DNA of 62,543 nt, filler included, from Squatina squatina (GCA_031763465.1; 3 parts of 3 records of this genome joined end to end with filler, not necessarily neighbours in it); one strand, 5' to 3'; shown: positions 24,340 to 38,366, counted from the first letter of the whole stretch. Numbers and translations: made by a program. The notes: generated from the sequence alone by a model not told the origin.

Positions 24340-24730
24340 AAGAAAGAACTCGCTTTTATATATGGTCTTTCATTGCCTCAGGACATCCCAAAGTGCTTTA
24401 CAGCCAATGAAGTCTAGTCACTATTGTAATGTAGGAACCACAGCAGCCAATACGGGCTGCAATGAGATAAATTGCTAGATCATCTGTTTTATTGATGTTG
24501 ATTAAGGGATAAATATTGGCCAGGACTCTGGGGAGATCTTCCCTGCTCTTCTTCAAAATAGTGCCATGGAATAATAAATGTCCGCTTGAGAGGGCAGACA
24601 GAGATTTTGGTCACCTGTCTTAATATCTCCTTATGTGACTCGGTGTCAAATTGTGTCTGATAATGCTCCTGTGAAGCACCTTGGGACATTTTACTATGTT
24701 AAGGATGCTCTATAAAAATGCAAGTTGCTG
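24340..24730. mobile_element. Deu SINE fragment (minus) joined to an L2 3' end (plus)
   Basis: caggacatcccaaagtgctttacagccaatgaag...gagagggcagac, then ttggtcacctgtcttaatatctccttatgtgactcggtgtcaaa...aaatgcaagttg. Confidence 0.7.
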
Positions 24731-25974
24731 TGGTTAAATAGGTAGCTGAAAAAAAGAATAAGTGACATGGGATTAGGACGATTGCTCATGTGGAGGATAA
24801 ACACCAACATGGACCGGTTGGGCTGAATGGCCTCTTTCTGTGCTGGAATTTCTATGTTGTCCAATGAAATTCACTGAACCATCAAGGGCATCCCTAAAAT
24901 GACTGAATCAAAGTGATTTACTTGTCTCAACCATTCGTGTGCTAGATCCCAATGCATCCAGTCTAAGGACGGTGACAGCAGTGATTGAGTGTGCACCAGC
25001 ATCCAGTGACAGAAGTAAATTCACGACACTACATCTAGACGCGGTTATTTTCATCTAGTGTGCTAAGTGCAGTGACAGCTCGACAAGCAGTGTCTGAGTC
25101 ATGCCTTCAGGGGAGAAAATTGGATAAGGAAACTTTAAAAATGCTGCGAAATGACTTCCTCATAGCTGAAGAAATCCGCAAATAAATAAATAAATAGATA
25201 GATTCAAATGTTCATGTCCCAAAGCACAGTGATTTTGAGCCTTCTCTATTTTACTTTCAGAATTCCAAAGCACATCCAATACAAGCTGACAGGGATAATC
25301 TTCAGCAGTGACGCTCCTCCGAGCAGCTAAATTTCCCTGTTGATGCTCTGATCAATTCCTCATCAAATCTTAATGGCTGCTTTAACTCAAGTGTGGCATC
25401 TTAATCAGAACTTTGAGTGTGGAATGTCAGTCGCATTGACTGGGGATTCTGGTACAAGTGATGGGATTGACTGGGAGATGAAATGCTTCACAGCACTTGG
25501 TGCCTCTTGCAGATAACTTGGGCGCCTTCTAGTGGCAAAGATAGAAAGCTGTTTCTATCTATTACACACACAAACTCACAAATGCAATCTTATACACACA
25601 CTCACAAATACAACTGCACACACACACACACACTCATGAGTACAATCACACACACACACTCACAAACACAATCTCACACTCACAAACNNNNNNNNNNNNN
25701 NNNNNNNNNNNNNNNNNNNNNNNNNNNNNNNNNNNNNNNNNNNNNNNNNNNNNNNNNNNNNNNNNNNNNNNNNNNNNNNNNNNNNNNCACAAGCAGTTTA
25801 CACCGTTAAAGACATTCAAAGAAAGTGGGAAGGAAAGAGGAAGGGAGAAGAGAATGAAGATTGGATTAGAAGAGGCAAGGCTGGTAAAAAGGCACTAACA
25901 GCTCTGAATAGAGCAGAGCACCCATGTCTGCCAACACAATTACACTTCAAAAAGGAACATTGCAGCCTACTCAC

Positions 25975-26101
25975 TTAGACAAATATTTTCGCTGTCGGCT
26001 CTCAGGGATGTGCGGAAAGAACCACTCAAGACCTCTTCTGCTGGATTAGTTCACTGTCACAGACATGGGCTTCTGAAGGATTTCAAATCATTACCACAGA
26101 A
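25975..26101 (-). other. Candidate non-coding (5' UTR or lncRNA) exon
   Basis: Minus-strand acceptor tttttttttgtgtgcag| and donor TAA|gtgagt; 127 bp; stops in all three frames; not repeat-like. Confidence 0.4.
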
Positions 26102-28089
26102 CTGCACACAAAAAAAAATTCACATCATTCCATTGAAAGTGGTTCCAACAATGATTTGTCAGCATTACAGTCCCTTCATGTTAAGAGAATAACGTCTTTG
26201 GATGCTATAAGCGTCATTGTGAATAAATTCTTCTCACCTCGGGGAACTGGGTTTAAATCCAGTCTATATGGTACAGGAGGTTAGAAAGTCTCTCACCTCT
26301 CACCTCCGAGTATAGATATTGTTAGAGGACAGGTGGGGTAAGGGTGCTCAGTGAAATGAGCAGCGGATCGTCTCTGTGAATCCCTCTCACTCCCCTCTCC
26401 ATAAAGAAAATGTAGTTCAAATTGAGTAAAATAACACTTGCATTTATATAGCACCTTATCTCGTCAAAGCATCTCAAAGTGCTTCAGACAATTCAATCTC
26501 TTTTGTAGTGGAATGAATGCAAATATTCTGCTCCTGGCAAGGTCCCTCAAACACAAATGTGAAAATTGACCAGATAATCTAGATTTGGTGCTGTTGGTTT
26601 CGAAAGGAAGGTTAACCAGGACACCAGGTGTCATTCCCACTCTTCTTCCAACAGTATCATGGGAACTTTAACATCCATCCAAACAGGCAGACAATGCTTT
26701 TGTTTAACGTCTCATTTGATGGATAGTACCTCCAACAAGTCCCTCGGCATTACATTGGAGCATCAGCCAAAGTGGACATTGATTGGCACTAATTTATCCA
26801 GTGGTATGTGAGATGGTGATAAAGGGGATGGGCAAAGCCATTCTCAGACCAAAGGCTGCACTGTCAACGGAATAACACCTCTGAGAACAGCTGGACCATC
26901 CTCATGGACTACATTTGTTGCACTGACTTCTTAAGAGCAGAAAATTTTTCAATGAAGGTAAAACACTGAGGGGCTGAAATTGCTTCTTTTTATAGCTTTA
27001 TTTTTTATAGGGCTTTGATTGATTTTTCACCCGGGGCGGGTTAGCGCTACNNNNNNNNNNNNNNNNNNNNNNNNNNNNNNNNNNNNNNNNNNNNNNNNNN
27101 NNNNNNNNNNNNNNNNNNNNNNNNNNNNNNNNNNNNNNNNNNNNNNNNNNATTAGGTAAAAGACTGATGTCTCCATTCCCAGCAAAGTTTGTCCTTTTCT
27201 CAAATCAAACCTCTTCCACTGCAGTTGACTCAACTCACTCAGTTGATAGTAATGCGCTCCTGCATGCAAACCGACACCAAGCCAAGCACGCAGCACCAGG
27301 TGTCGATGAATAATGACCTCTCAGTGCAAAACACACGTGAGCCCCATAGCACAAAAGAAAACAGGATTCAGCTTGTCAGCTTTGAGCTGCAGCTGAATCA
27401 GACACATGGTTAACTTCAGTATGATTCTCCAGCGGGAGTGTGCTGAAATAAAAAAAAAACTCTTGGGTTCGTTGAATACGCTACAGAACAGCAATGAAAT
27501 GGAAAGTCCCATGCTGGGAGCAGGGTCCCAGGGGCCCCTCCCCTCAATGTGCCTCATTCATCAATGAATGCATCTCATTGTCTGCCCTCCCACTCTGACA
27601 GCTCAAGAACTTGCTCCATGCCGACAGTGATAAATAAACTCCCCCCTAAGTAGTCCATTGAGGGGGTTGTCTTTCCATGTTTTATTTATTTTCTCCTGAG
27701 CTACTTTTTCCTCGTTGATGCATCCGTGCGAGTGAGTGGTCCTTTTAATCCATATTTTATGCANNNNNNNNNNNNNNNNNNNNNNNNNNNNNNNNNNNNN
27801 NNNNNNNNNNNNNNNNNNNNNNNNNNNNNNNNNNNNNNNNNNNNNNNNNNNNNNNNNNNNNNNGGTCTTCCATTTCCATTGCAGTTTTAATACTCAAACT
27901 TGGGATTTGAATGAACATTCCTTCTGAATTTGTATGAACACACATTTGTACTAGTGTATAGTATAAAGTGAAGCTAGTGTGGTCTTGGTTTCAAACATCT
28001 TGAAATAAATATCGCAGCAGTTGAATAATTTTTTAAACATTTCTTCATGTAAGCATTTATGAATAAACTCAATTTAATACTTGACCCTA

Positions 28090-28522
28090 AAGGGTTAAAT
28101 TATGAACTGGTTGCAGAAATATGCTTTATTTGTTTGAGTTTAGAAGGGTTATGGGGTGATTTATTCGAGGTATTTAAAATGACCAAAGGATTCAATAAAG
28201 TAGCTAGATTAACTATTTCCTCTAGTGGATGAACGAGGGGACATAGTCTTAAAATTAGAGCTAGGCCAATTAGCAGTGAAATCAGAACAAAAGTTTTCAT
28301 GCACAGTTAGTGAAAATTTGGAATTTTTGCTCCCCCGAAGGCTGCGGATGCTGAGCCAGGCGAAATTTTCAAGACTGAGATTGACAGATTGGGTAAAGGG
28401 TGCCATGTGACGTGGAGCAAAGGCGGGTAAATAGAGTTGCGATGCAGATCAGCCATGATCTCATTGAATGGCGGAACAGGCTTGAGGTGCTGAATGGCCT
28501 ACTCCTGTTCCTATGTTCCTAT
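28090..28522 (+). mobile_element. CR1 LINE 3' end
   Basis: Degenerate ORF2 end, then cagatcagccatgatctcattgaatggcgg...gaatggcctactcctgttcctatgttccta. Confidence 0.8.
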
Positions 28523-29194
28523 TAAAGGCACTACATAAATGTAAGATGTTGTTTCCAGAATTTTCCATTTCTGTTTCTGATTTCCAGGATCTGCAGTTTT
28601 TTCTTTTTGGTTCAGGTTATAATTACTGTTGTATGAAAGCAAACAGGTTAAAATAGCAGAGACAGGAGCTTAGTATGAGTTCATTGCATTTGTACAAGAG
28701 CATCAACAAGACAAAGCATGAGAGAGAAATGGGTATATATTTTCCGACCATCATTTCTCCTCTATGAACACTTAATGGACTCAAATTAATCCCTCTGTGC
28801 CCTTGTTAACCTGTTTAAGATAAGCACACACACCCCAATGTTTAAAAAGCACACCAAGAGATCCAGTGTGATAAATGTTTGCACGGGGACACTGGCAGGT
28901 CAGAAAACATATCCCAGAGAGCGAGAGAGACAGACGTTACAGGTAAAATGGGAGAAAAAGAATGAGATAGAAGAAAAATTAAAATTGGTGAAAAAGTAAG
29001 TGGACAAAATACCAAACAAAATTCAGGAAATGAGAGTTAAACATGCAATCAAAACAAGGACAGAAAAATTCTAAGAAAAACTCCGGGATATACAAGTGAC
29101 CAGTTTCAGTTTTTTCTCTACATGTTTTTGTGGCAGTTTCAACATTAAACCATTTGTAGCATAATTTTCTCTCTTTTAAAAGAAAAGCCCTACT

Positions 29195-29480
29195 TCCTCT
29201 TGCAAATCTGTGAATGAGACTGAGGCTGGAGCTTGCTCACACTCACACGCACACACTCCTGCTCTCTCTCTCTCTCTCTCTCTCTCTATTTCCTTTTGCA
29301 GAAAACTCGAAAGTTCCTAAATTGCTTGGGATGAGGGCTGCTTTTGTGCTTATTGAGCTGGCTGCGCGGCTCATTGTGGTGTATTTATGAAGCGCTGTCA
29401 CGGATTTGACAGGGTGATGAATTGGCCTGTGCGTTTCCTCGGCGCTGTGACTGACTGCAGCATAGGGCCCCAGAGGTGCC
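29195..29480 (-). promoter_or_regulatory. Candidate promoter/first exon of a minus-strand gene
   Basis: Non-repetitive, CpG-containing stretch; minus-strand TATA-like cataaata at ~29382-29389 followed by a GA/GT-rich leader. Motif-level evidence only. Confidence 0.25.
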
Positions 29481-30032
29481 ACACTCCACAATCAATTTCC
29501 CCACAAATAAACGCCTGATCCCGACAGGAATCATGCACTTTCAGAGCATTAGGGAAAACAAAGAGAAAAAAGAAATAATCCTCAACGTCTACATAAAAAA
29601 GTGTTGTTTTCACCCCCTAAAAAAACCTAACCTAAAATGCTGGTTCAGAATATCAAAACCACAATGGTGATTTGAAGTTAAAATATGGAAAGTGTGTACT
29701 GCTATGGCAGCATATTTTGGGGCAAAATGGTGATATTTTAATCAATTTTATGAAGAGAAAGAGTGAAAAATCACTTTTGCTAAATTCATTTCATGGAATT
29801 TTCAAATGGAAGCAACTGCCTTCAATAAGATCAGCCCTCGCAACCTTTACTCACCGATACTTCAGTGCAGAAAATTAACATTATTTTCCCTTTTTAGATA
29901 ACTTTAGGAAATTTTAAAGTCTTCTCAAACTCATGTCCTTCCAAGTAGTTTTATCATGTGGGGGCAGGGGGAAGGGGTGACAACATTTTGTGGATTGAGT
30001 TGACTAAAAAAGGAGAGTTAGTAATGCACAAG

Positions 30033-30345
30033 GAAAGAACTTGCACTTATACTAACCTCAGGACATCCCAAAGCACTTTACAGCCAATGAAGCACTTTTG
30101 AAGTGTAGTNNNNNNNNNNNNNNNNNNNAGCCAATTTGTGTACAGCAAGGTTCCACGAACAGCAATAAGATGCCTGACTGGACGATATGATGTTTGTTGA
30201 GGGATAAATGTTGACCAAGACACTGGGGAAAACTCCCCTGCTGTTCTTCGAACAGAACTATGCAATCTTTCATATCCACCTGAGAAGGCAGATGGGGCCT
30301 CAATTTGACATCTCATCCAAAAGATGGCACCTCTGACAGTGTAAC
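30033..30345 (-). mobile_element. Deu-domain SINE
   Basis: caggacatcccaaagcactttacagccaatgaagc...catatccacctgagaaggcagatggggcctc. Confidence 0.8.
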
Positions 30346-31803
30346 ATTCCAGAACAACAGCAACTTGCATTTGTATAGTATNNNNNNNNNNNNNNNNNNN
30401 NNNNNNNNNNNNNNNNNNNNNNNNNNNNNNNNNNNNNNNNNNNNNNNNNNNNNNNNNNNNNNNNNNNNNNNNNNNNNNNNNCCCTTTAAGTATTGATGTG
30501 GGCTCATAGGTAAGTGGAAGCAGTTAGGCCAATTGAGGAATTCGACAGCTGAAATAAAGTAAGAAAATCAGCACTAAGCATGGCCCTTTAGCGCTGAAAT
30601 TAGCACCGTTTTTTAAAGCTGTCTGTGAGTTTTTTTCTAAGGGTCAAATTGCTGGACTTTTAAAAAAATTTCAAAGACCTGAACTTAGCGCTCCCCAATT
30701 TGTCCATTAGCGCCAGAAACTCAGGGCAGTCGAATTGGGCGGCCTTAGGTTTTAAATTAAGCAAAAAGGGACAGGATTAGATTATATCTCTTTGGTTGTA
30801 AAGTAAATGCTACAAAAGTTTGAGTTGCTTATTTTTATCTGTTTATGCTCCTGTAAGGCACCTTGGGATGCTTTACTCTCTTAAAGGTGCTATAAAAATG
30901 CAAGTAGTTCTTATTGCTATTTGCTTCTGGCTTAAAGGGAAAAAACATGGCAATAAACACCAAATTGTATTTTGCACTAAATCCACCGTGCTCAGTTGTC
31001 AAGGCATATATTTAATTACTAATTATTCAACAGTTCACAGCTCAAAGCAATAGAGAGATCGTGGACAGACACTGGGTGAGGATAGAATCAGGCTTGCCCT
31101 TGAGGTGTCCAAGGTAGCCTGTTGCCATTCACACTCTGGAACCACACAGGAAGAACAGCCATTAGGTTGATGGCACCGAGCCAGGAACAGAGGAAAGTAA
31201 AGTGAGGAAAAAGACAACCAAAAAAAAAGAGGCAGAAAGATACTGCCAAACTCGCAGCTTGGTCTGTGCTCCACTCTGAGTGCAAAGAAAGTTTCTCAGG
31301 TTAACCTTTTTTTTCAGAAAGTTAAAACCTAGAGTCAGCAGGATTAGATTTTTTTTTAGTTTTTTTTTAACTGTTCTCACAGATCTCAGCACTGGGAGAC
31401 TGTCAGCCTGTGAAATCCGTCCTTAATGTGGTGTAAGATTGGATTCCTACTGCCCCATCATGACACCAAATGTGCAATTTGCACAATATTCTGAAATATA
31501 AGTCTGAAATCTCTGAACTTGATATATTGCCTGTGCTTTCGCCAGCAAACCATTTTGGTCCCCCCGTGTCTTTTGATTTCCATTCAAAAACATTGAATAT
31601 TTCAGACTTTTTTTTACCGATTATATATATATTTAAAAAAAAATCCTGAATCCCCATTTTGTCAGGTCATGTGGGAAGTGCTTCATGAAAGAAAACCTGT
31701 GTCNNNNNNNNNNNNNNNNNNNNNNNNNNNNNNNNNNNNNNNNNNNNNNNNNNNNNNNNNNNNNNNNNNNNNNNNNNNNNNNNNNNNNNNNNNNNNNNNN
31801 NNN

Positions 31804-31900
31804 AATCTCCTCTCAACCTTCTCTGCTCTAAGGAGAACAACCCCAGCTTCTCCAGTCGATCCACGTAACTGAAGTCCCTCATCCCTGGAACAATTCTTGT
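31804..31900 (-). mobile_element. CR1 LINE ORF2 fragment
   Basis: MRDFSYVDRLEKLGLFSLEQRRLRGD. Confidence 0.88.
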
Positions 31901-31984
31901 AATATGTTTGCATGATTGTAATGTTTACAAACCCAGTGTAGGGCTGGAATGATAGCGTTCAATTAAGCAGGTCCTTCCTTCCTT

Positions 31985-32325
31985 GCTGGATCAGCGAGTT
32001 TCCCCAGTGAGTAGCTGAACCACGCAGATCTAAAACGTCTTAGGTTTGACCTCCAGTCTATGCTAAGTTAATTGATCTCAGCTGGGGCAGAACTAAGGGC
32101 ACTGAAATCGACCTCGGGCTTAGTGAAGGGTTAAAAGAAAACAGCCAATGTTCCTACTCCTGACCAATATAGAATTGCTCCTGCTGGGTGTGGGCATACA
32201 ATAATATTTTGTGAGATGAAGTTCCTGCTTGGCTCTAATACCCCTGCAGACAAAGTGCCTGCCGGCACTCACTGTCATACTTCACATATAAATATTCGTC
32301 CACTTGGATGGACCACCAGAGAGCA
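31985..32325 (+). mobile_element. Third dispersed SINE-like family (old, diverged)
   Basis: Shared core (gtctatgctaagttaattgatctcagctggggcag...cagccaatgttcctactcctgacc) also at 43012-43200 (minus), 61525-61780 (plus), 36715-37020 and 50350-50415. Confidence 0.55.
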
Positions 32326-33957
32326 AGGAGTCAATTTTTTAGTAGAGGGGTTAAATGTTCTTTTTTAAAGAAAAGGAGGCATATTATTACGAACGACTGA
32401 ATTAAATTTGACAGTGGAAATAAAGTCAAAGCAGAATATTTGTATTTGGCTCTGCTAATGTTGAGCAATCTGTGTCTTTTACTAGAATTATCTCCAACTA
32501 AAATTTCAAAAAAAAAGCCTGATAAATAACTCCTTGGCTCCTGCAATCTCTCCTCTCTTCACCCCCACCCCCGTACACCTTCCTAGCAAAAGGCTCACAA
32601 GGTACAGGACATCTCTGTAAGCTGACAGCCTGTCAGAAACTCCTCACAAAGAAACCCTGATCTTAGCAAGTTTTTAGTAGAAAAATTTATTCCTGACTCG
32701 CCTGTAGCCAGAGTGAAGAATGGCTGTGTTCCTTTTCTGCATGGATTTGAAATCACAGCGGTACACAAATCAGTGGATCAGGGTAAAATGGCCATTCATC
32801 ATTCCCAAAGCCTGAATCGACAGGCCAAAAAAAGTCATGGATTTTTCCTTAGGTTCAAATAATTTGCCTGTTAATATGAAGTGACAGGTAGAGAAAAGCA
32901 TATCCCCCACCCTCACCCCCTGTAATATGAATTTTGGCTTTGGATATCAGAACAGCCATTATTTAATAAAACTGCAAATACTGGTTACTCGAGTGCTCTC
33001 CCTGGCAGAGAAATATGATCACAAGGCTGAAAGAAAATAAAAGGAGGCAATGCTCAGCACTCTTGTTAGTGCAGGTCNNNNNNNNNNNNNNNNNNNNNNN
33101 NNNNNNNNNNNNNNNNNNNNNNNNNNNNNNNNNNNNNNNNNNNNNNNNNNNNNNNNNNNNNNNNNNNNNNNNNNNNNCGGAGGAACCGCGGGTTCATGCT
33201 CTCTGCCTTGCCAATCTCGTGGCTCGTGCGCTGACTTGACAGCAGTGCGTGGCATTTGATAGATTGGAAGGGAGTCAACGCGAAAAGGCCACACGCCGGG
33301 GGGATTACTGAGCAAACATGGGGGAAAAAAAGGAAAGTTGCATCAAATAGACAGCGGAGAGTATTTCCACCTGCTCTGGTATTGGTCTGTCAGTTTTATA
33401 CTGCTGATTAAACAGATTCACAGCTGTGTACTAACAGCATAAAATAGATTAATTTCTCTAAGCTTGCAACCCTAAAATAAAAGTTCAAAACCTTTTCAAC
33501 CACTCCCCTCCCCATTGCTGCCCTCAATTTGTTTCCTTCTTTTTTTTTGCTAAATTAATCTATTTTCTTTTCATTTTTACAGCTTCCTTCATGCTTAGCC
33601 AAGCGGATTTCAGTTACACATAAGTCTGCAGTTTTTTTTTCTATTTTACCAAGTTAAGAAGATGTTTCTTAAATTTGGATGCCTCAGCTCTAACCCTCCT
33701 GGGTTCACCAGCAGTCTATTATGTTAGACAAGTAATACCACACAGAGAGAACGCCTTAAGGACTCCTGTGTCACAGCAAAGTTAAATGATGAGCGGATCC
33801 AACCACAAAATACCCAACACTGCAGTTGCGAGACTGTCATGCCCAATTGGGCAATGTAAGTTGCTTAAATGTTGTCCATTGGGGTATCACTACACTTTTG
33901 TCAATCTCAACTCACTCTATCCTAGGAGCTCAAAACTCAGGAATGCATTACCTCTCT

Positions 33958-34268
33958 CGGTGTGGCTCAGTGATAGCATACTCACCTCTGAGTCAGAAGG
34001 CTGTGAGTTCAAGTCCTAATCCAGAGACTAGAGCACATAACCTAAACTGACAACTCCAGTGCAATACTGAGGGAATCCTCCATTGTCAGAGGTGCTGTAT
34101 TTCAGATGAGAAATTAAACTAAGGCCCTATCTGCCCTCTCCAGTAGATGTAGAAGATCCCATGGCACTATTTGAAGAGCAGGAGAGTACAACAGTAACTA
34201 TACTTCAAAAAGTGCTTTGGGACATCTGGTGGTTGTGAAAGGCTCTATATAAATGCAAGTCTTTTTTT
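33958..34268 (+). mobile_element. Deu-domain SINE (internally deleted)
   Basis: gtggctcagtgatagc...gagttcaagtcc...agatcccatggcactatttgaagagcagg...ctatataaatgcaagtcttt. Confidence 0.85.
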
Positions 34269-34344
34269 AAGGATCCTGCTGTCAGTGCAATACCTGCTCC
34301 ATCAGGATATGATTTTTTTCTAAATCATGAGACTAATTTCTACT

Positions 34345-34550
34345 AAAAGTAGAAAATGCACAATGGATCCACCAGCACTTAAAGAGAAAAGGCAGGTTAA
34401 CATTTCAGGTGTGATCCTTTATCAGGTGTTTCCAAAGAAAGGTCTGCACTCTATAACGTTAACCTGTCTTTTATCTTTTCAATGCTGATTGACCCACTGT
34501 CCACTTGCAGCATCTTTCAGCTCGTTTGAGACTCCTCGCATTTGCAGTTC
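34345..34550. repeat. Degenerate inverted-repeat element (probably Penelope-end-derived hairpin)
   Basis: cagca...aaaaggcaggttaac at ~34372-34401 pairs with gttaacctgtctttt...tgctg at ~34458-34487. Confidence 0.5.
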
Positions 34551-37500
34551 TCCTCCCCAGTATCCCAAACCAGGCTGAAGTGAGTGCCGTGTCAGCTTGA
34601 CTCGCTGTGCCAATACTGCATTCACTTCAGCTACGTTACTGCCCCATGACTTTTTCCAGACTGTCAGCAGATATAGCTAGGGGAGGGGAAACAAGTCACG
34701 GTGCTCAGTGACATACCGCAGGCTCCTATCCCATGAGCACATGATTTGAACTGAAGTGCTATTGATCCATGTGATATTTTACTGTGTGTTGCAGGAGTAG
34801 TTGCTTCTGTGACAACATCCCGCTGCCTCTTGACCGCTCTAACACTCATACACAACAAAGATCTGATGCCAGCTCCACTGAGTGAACCTGACCTTTGCGT
34901 ACAAATACGCTTACACTGGGATACACAGTAGCTTTGGTAAACCCCAGTACTTAAATGGGATATGTTTCTGGTACATCCCTGTTTGTCTCTGTACTTACTC
35001 TGGGATCCAGAGTGACTGGTACATCCCTGACTGTCTCTGTGTTTACACTGGGATGGATACAGCTCTGTCTGTCCTGGTACTTACACTATAATCCTCATTG
35101 CCAGACCTAGTAAAGTGCTGACAAGGAGTCGGCAGTTTCTGACAGTGTATGGAGGCCATTAAAACTTTAAAGAGGATGCTGACATGATTCCTGGTCTTGT
35201 TGGGGTCATTTCACTGGGTCGGTTTGCTGAGTACTTCTAGCTGTAGCATTTTGCCATGCCTTTGGCCTGTGTGTGTAATTCTGCTGAGCACTCATATCAT
35301 TCCAAGCGCATCNNNNNNNNNNNNNNNNNNNNNNNNNNNNNNNNNNNNNNNNNNNNNNNNNNNNNNNNNNNNNNNNNNNNNNNNNNNNNNNNNNNNNNNN
35401 NNNNNNNNNNNNCGAATCTCACAGAATTCTAGACCCTGCAACTTTATGGGGGGATAGAAGCAAACTGGAAGGGATAAAAATGAATATTTACAAGCAGGCA
35501 GTCCTACCAGCTTTTCTTGTTAGTTCCTATTAACAGCGTACCAATTAAATTGGCAAGCATTGAATCCTTGTGTGAGCCCTAATTGTACTAATATACCAAG
35601 TAATGTAACTTTAAATCCCTGGGTTGGGAGGCAGGCAGGCACAGACCTGCTCTTCCCCTCCCACTATGACTCCGTTTCTCTGCTCTGTGCTGACACAGAC
35701 TGACAGGTTGCGCTGAGAGGTTAGTGAGTGATTGACCTAGCTCCCTGCAGGCTGTCCCTGTAAACATATCAAATAATTGCTGTAATAGGAGGGAAATGAC
35801 TTTGATCCATTTCTATAGACTCAGCATTAATTTACAAAAATACAGGCCCAGATGCTATTAGGGAAGATCCTAGGTTAAAGAGAGAGTGCAATCAATTCCA
35901 CTCAGGAAGCGTCTCCAAATTCCGCTGAATGTGATGCCAAACATTTAAAATTGCTATTCTAGCGCTCCCACCTGCTCAGATTTTGAACAGAGAGTTTGAA
36001 TTTTGCACGGGCAAATATGTAAAATATAAACCGTCATTGCAAAGTCTGTGCTGTTAGAAGTAAGGATCCATTTTTTCCCCATTTTACTTCCATNNNNNNN
36101 NNNNNNNNNNNNNNNNNNNNNNNNNNNNNNNNNNNNNNNNNNNNNNNNNNNNNNNNNNNNNNNNNNNNNNNNNNNNNNNNNNNNNNNNNNNNNTCTGAGC
36201 AGACCCCTTGCAAGTCAGTACCAAGTCCTTGAGCACATGCCACACCGTTCCTTGAAAATTTTAGGCAACTTTAAAGAAGTTTAGAAAGCACAAAACACTT
36301 GTACAAACTCAGCAACAGCTAGTAGAAATAAATCAGCAACAAGCCTGTAAGTGGTGATGATCCCTTTAAATAGCGCTGGTATGGAGTCCTTCCTGCTATT
36401 GAATACATGTTCAGCTGCACAAGGTTAAGGGAGGGCATTAGCTCCAGGGTTGAGGTAAAAAATGGCAGCGCTGGTGTCAAATCAGCATTACGCTGATTGA
36501 TGTCACAATCTTTCTACTCTGGATATTAACAGCGCACACTCCCAGCACCAACGCTAAAGCCCTCACCAAAGTGGCTTCCGGCACGACCGCACCAGAAGTA
36601 CGCGCATGCTGCTCGGACGCCATTTTGGACACAAAATAGCGCCCGTAGCACTGAAAAATCAGGCGCTACGGAGCCGAATTTCTGGCCCAAGCTCTTTCAG
36701 TTTCTTATACCATGACACCCATTCCTGCTGGAAAGTGGAAGTGAGGTGAGGTCAGGATTGAGCTCAGCTGTGACGCTCTCTTCTATTCTCCGCGGATGCC
36801 AAAACATAACTTGCATTTAGGCAGGACCATTAATGTAACAACATGTCGCAAGGAACTTCAAACATAGTCAAAAGAAAGTGGGTACGTAGCCCGGAAGGGA
36901 AAGATTAGGAGTGGTTCATACCCAGGTTTACACATGAAGAATAGCTTATTGGGCAAGGTACTGGGAAGCTGTTAGCATCCTTAGAAATTTATCCCAACAT
37001 TACTTTGCACCTTCAGGAGAGTAACAAGGAAAATTAAAAACAAAAAGATTATGGATTAAGGCAGAGGTCAGATAGTTTTGGGAAGAAATGCTGGTTTCAG
37101 AGAAGTGGCTGGCTTTGTCCCATTACTCTCCTCGTACACAGAGCAGATGAAAGAATGAGCAAGTATTTCTGTACACTACACATCATTTATCAACTGCCTC
37201 CCCTAAGATGAAACTCCAAATGGTTTTGTTCTCTAATGCACAATTACTACCTTAACCGTCAGTTTGCCCACTGTCCCCTTAGCAATTTAGATTTGAGAAG
37301 AGAGAAGCAAAGCCGGGCGGAACACACCCCATAAATAACTAATGATGCGCAAGGCAGAGTAACATCTCTTTATTACCCGTTGACATCTAAAATTCATACA
37401 GCTTGGGAATGCAACGAGTTGGAGATCAATGTGCTCCCCACACGGAAGGAGGTGGTGTTTAGAAGGCTCTCNNNNNNNNNNNNNNNNNNNNNNNNNNNNN

Positions 37501-37578
37501 NNNNNNNNNNNNNNNNNNNNNNNNNNNNNNNNNNNNNNNNNNNNNNNNNNNNNNNNNNNNNNNNNNNNNNNCCTACAG

Positions 37579-37766
37579 AAACTAAAATTAGAGCAAGATG
37601 CAATCACTGAGGAGTATGGCTACTGTGTAATGGATGGGCATCGGGAGAGAATAGCCAACTTCAAAATCGAGCCACCGGGGCTGTTTCGTGGACGTGGCAA
37701 CCATCCAAAGATGGGAAAACTAAAGAAAAGGATCATGCCTGAAGATGTCATTATCAACTGCAGCAA
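37579..37766 (+). CDS. TOP1: DNA topoisomerase I (type IB) core-domain exon; TOP1-like paralogue possible
   Basis: tacag|[62 protein letters not shown](K)|gtaagc; 188 bp, phase 0-2. Confidence 0.95.
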
Positions 37767-38366
37767 GTAAGCGGTTTACATGATGAATGCAAGAAATAGC
37801 AAGACAGACAATCCAGCCTGCCCTGTCATTTTGGTCTTCTCACTTTTTTTTGTTTTTCCATCTTGTTCCTTTCACCAGCCCCATTTCCTTCTTGAACATG
37901 TGAACTGAATCCATTGCATAATAATTTCCCTAATGTTTGTGGCTGAGTTTCACTTGTTTCTTGTGGCAATCATTTCTATTTGAGGGGGTGGTAGGGGAAC
38001 CATCTGCTGTTTTATATGAAGTAAAAAGTAACCCAGCAGAAGTGGGGCCCACATTGGGAGTTCAAGCAAGAGAAATAGCTTGTCACCCAAAGGGAAATAA
38101 GCAGAGAGACACAGCCCTGCACTTTCTTTCTTTTCTTTCTTTCACTTCTATAAAGGTAATTTCACTGACCTGCTCCCAAAAGGGAGTGTCTATCAGAAGT
38201 AAGCAGATCTGGCAGCATTATTAAATTGGTACTTTAATGTAAAACCCTTGCACAGGGGGGACACAGNNNNNNNNNNNNNNNNNNNNNNNNNNNNNNNNNN
38301 NNNNNNNNNNNNNNNNNNNNNNNNNNNNNNNNNNNNNNNNNNNNNNNNNNNNNNNNNNNNNNNNNN

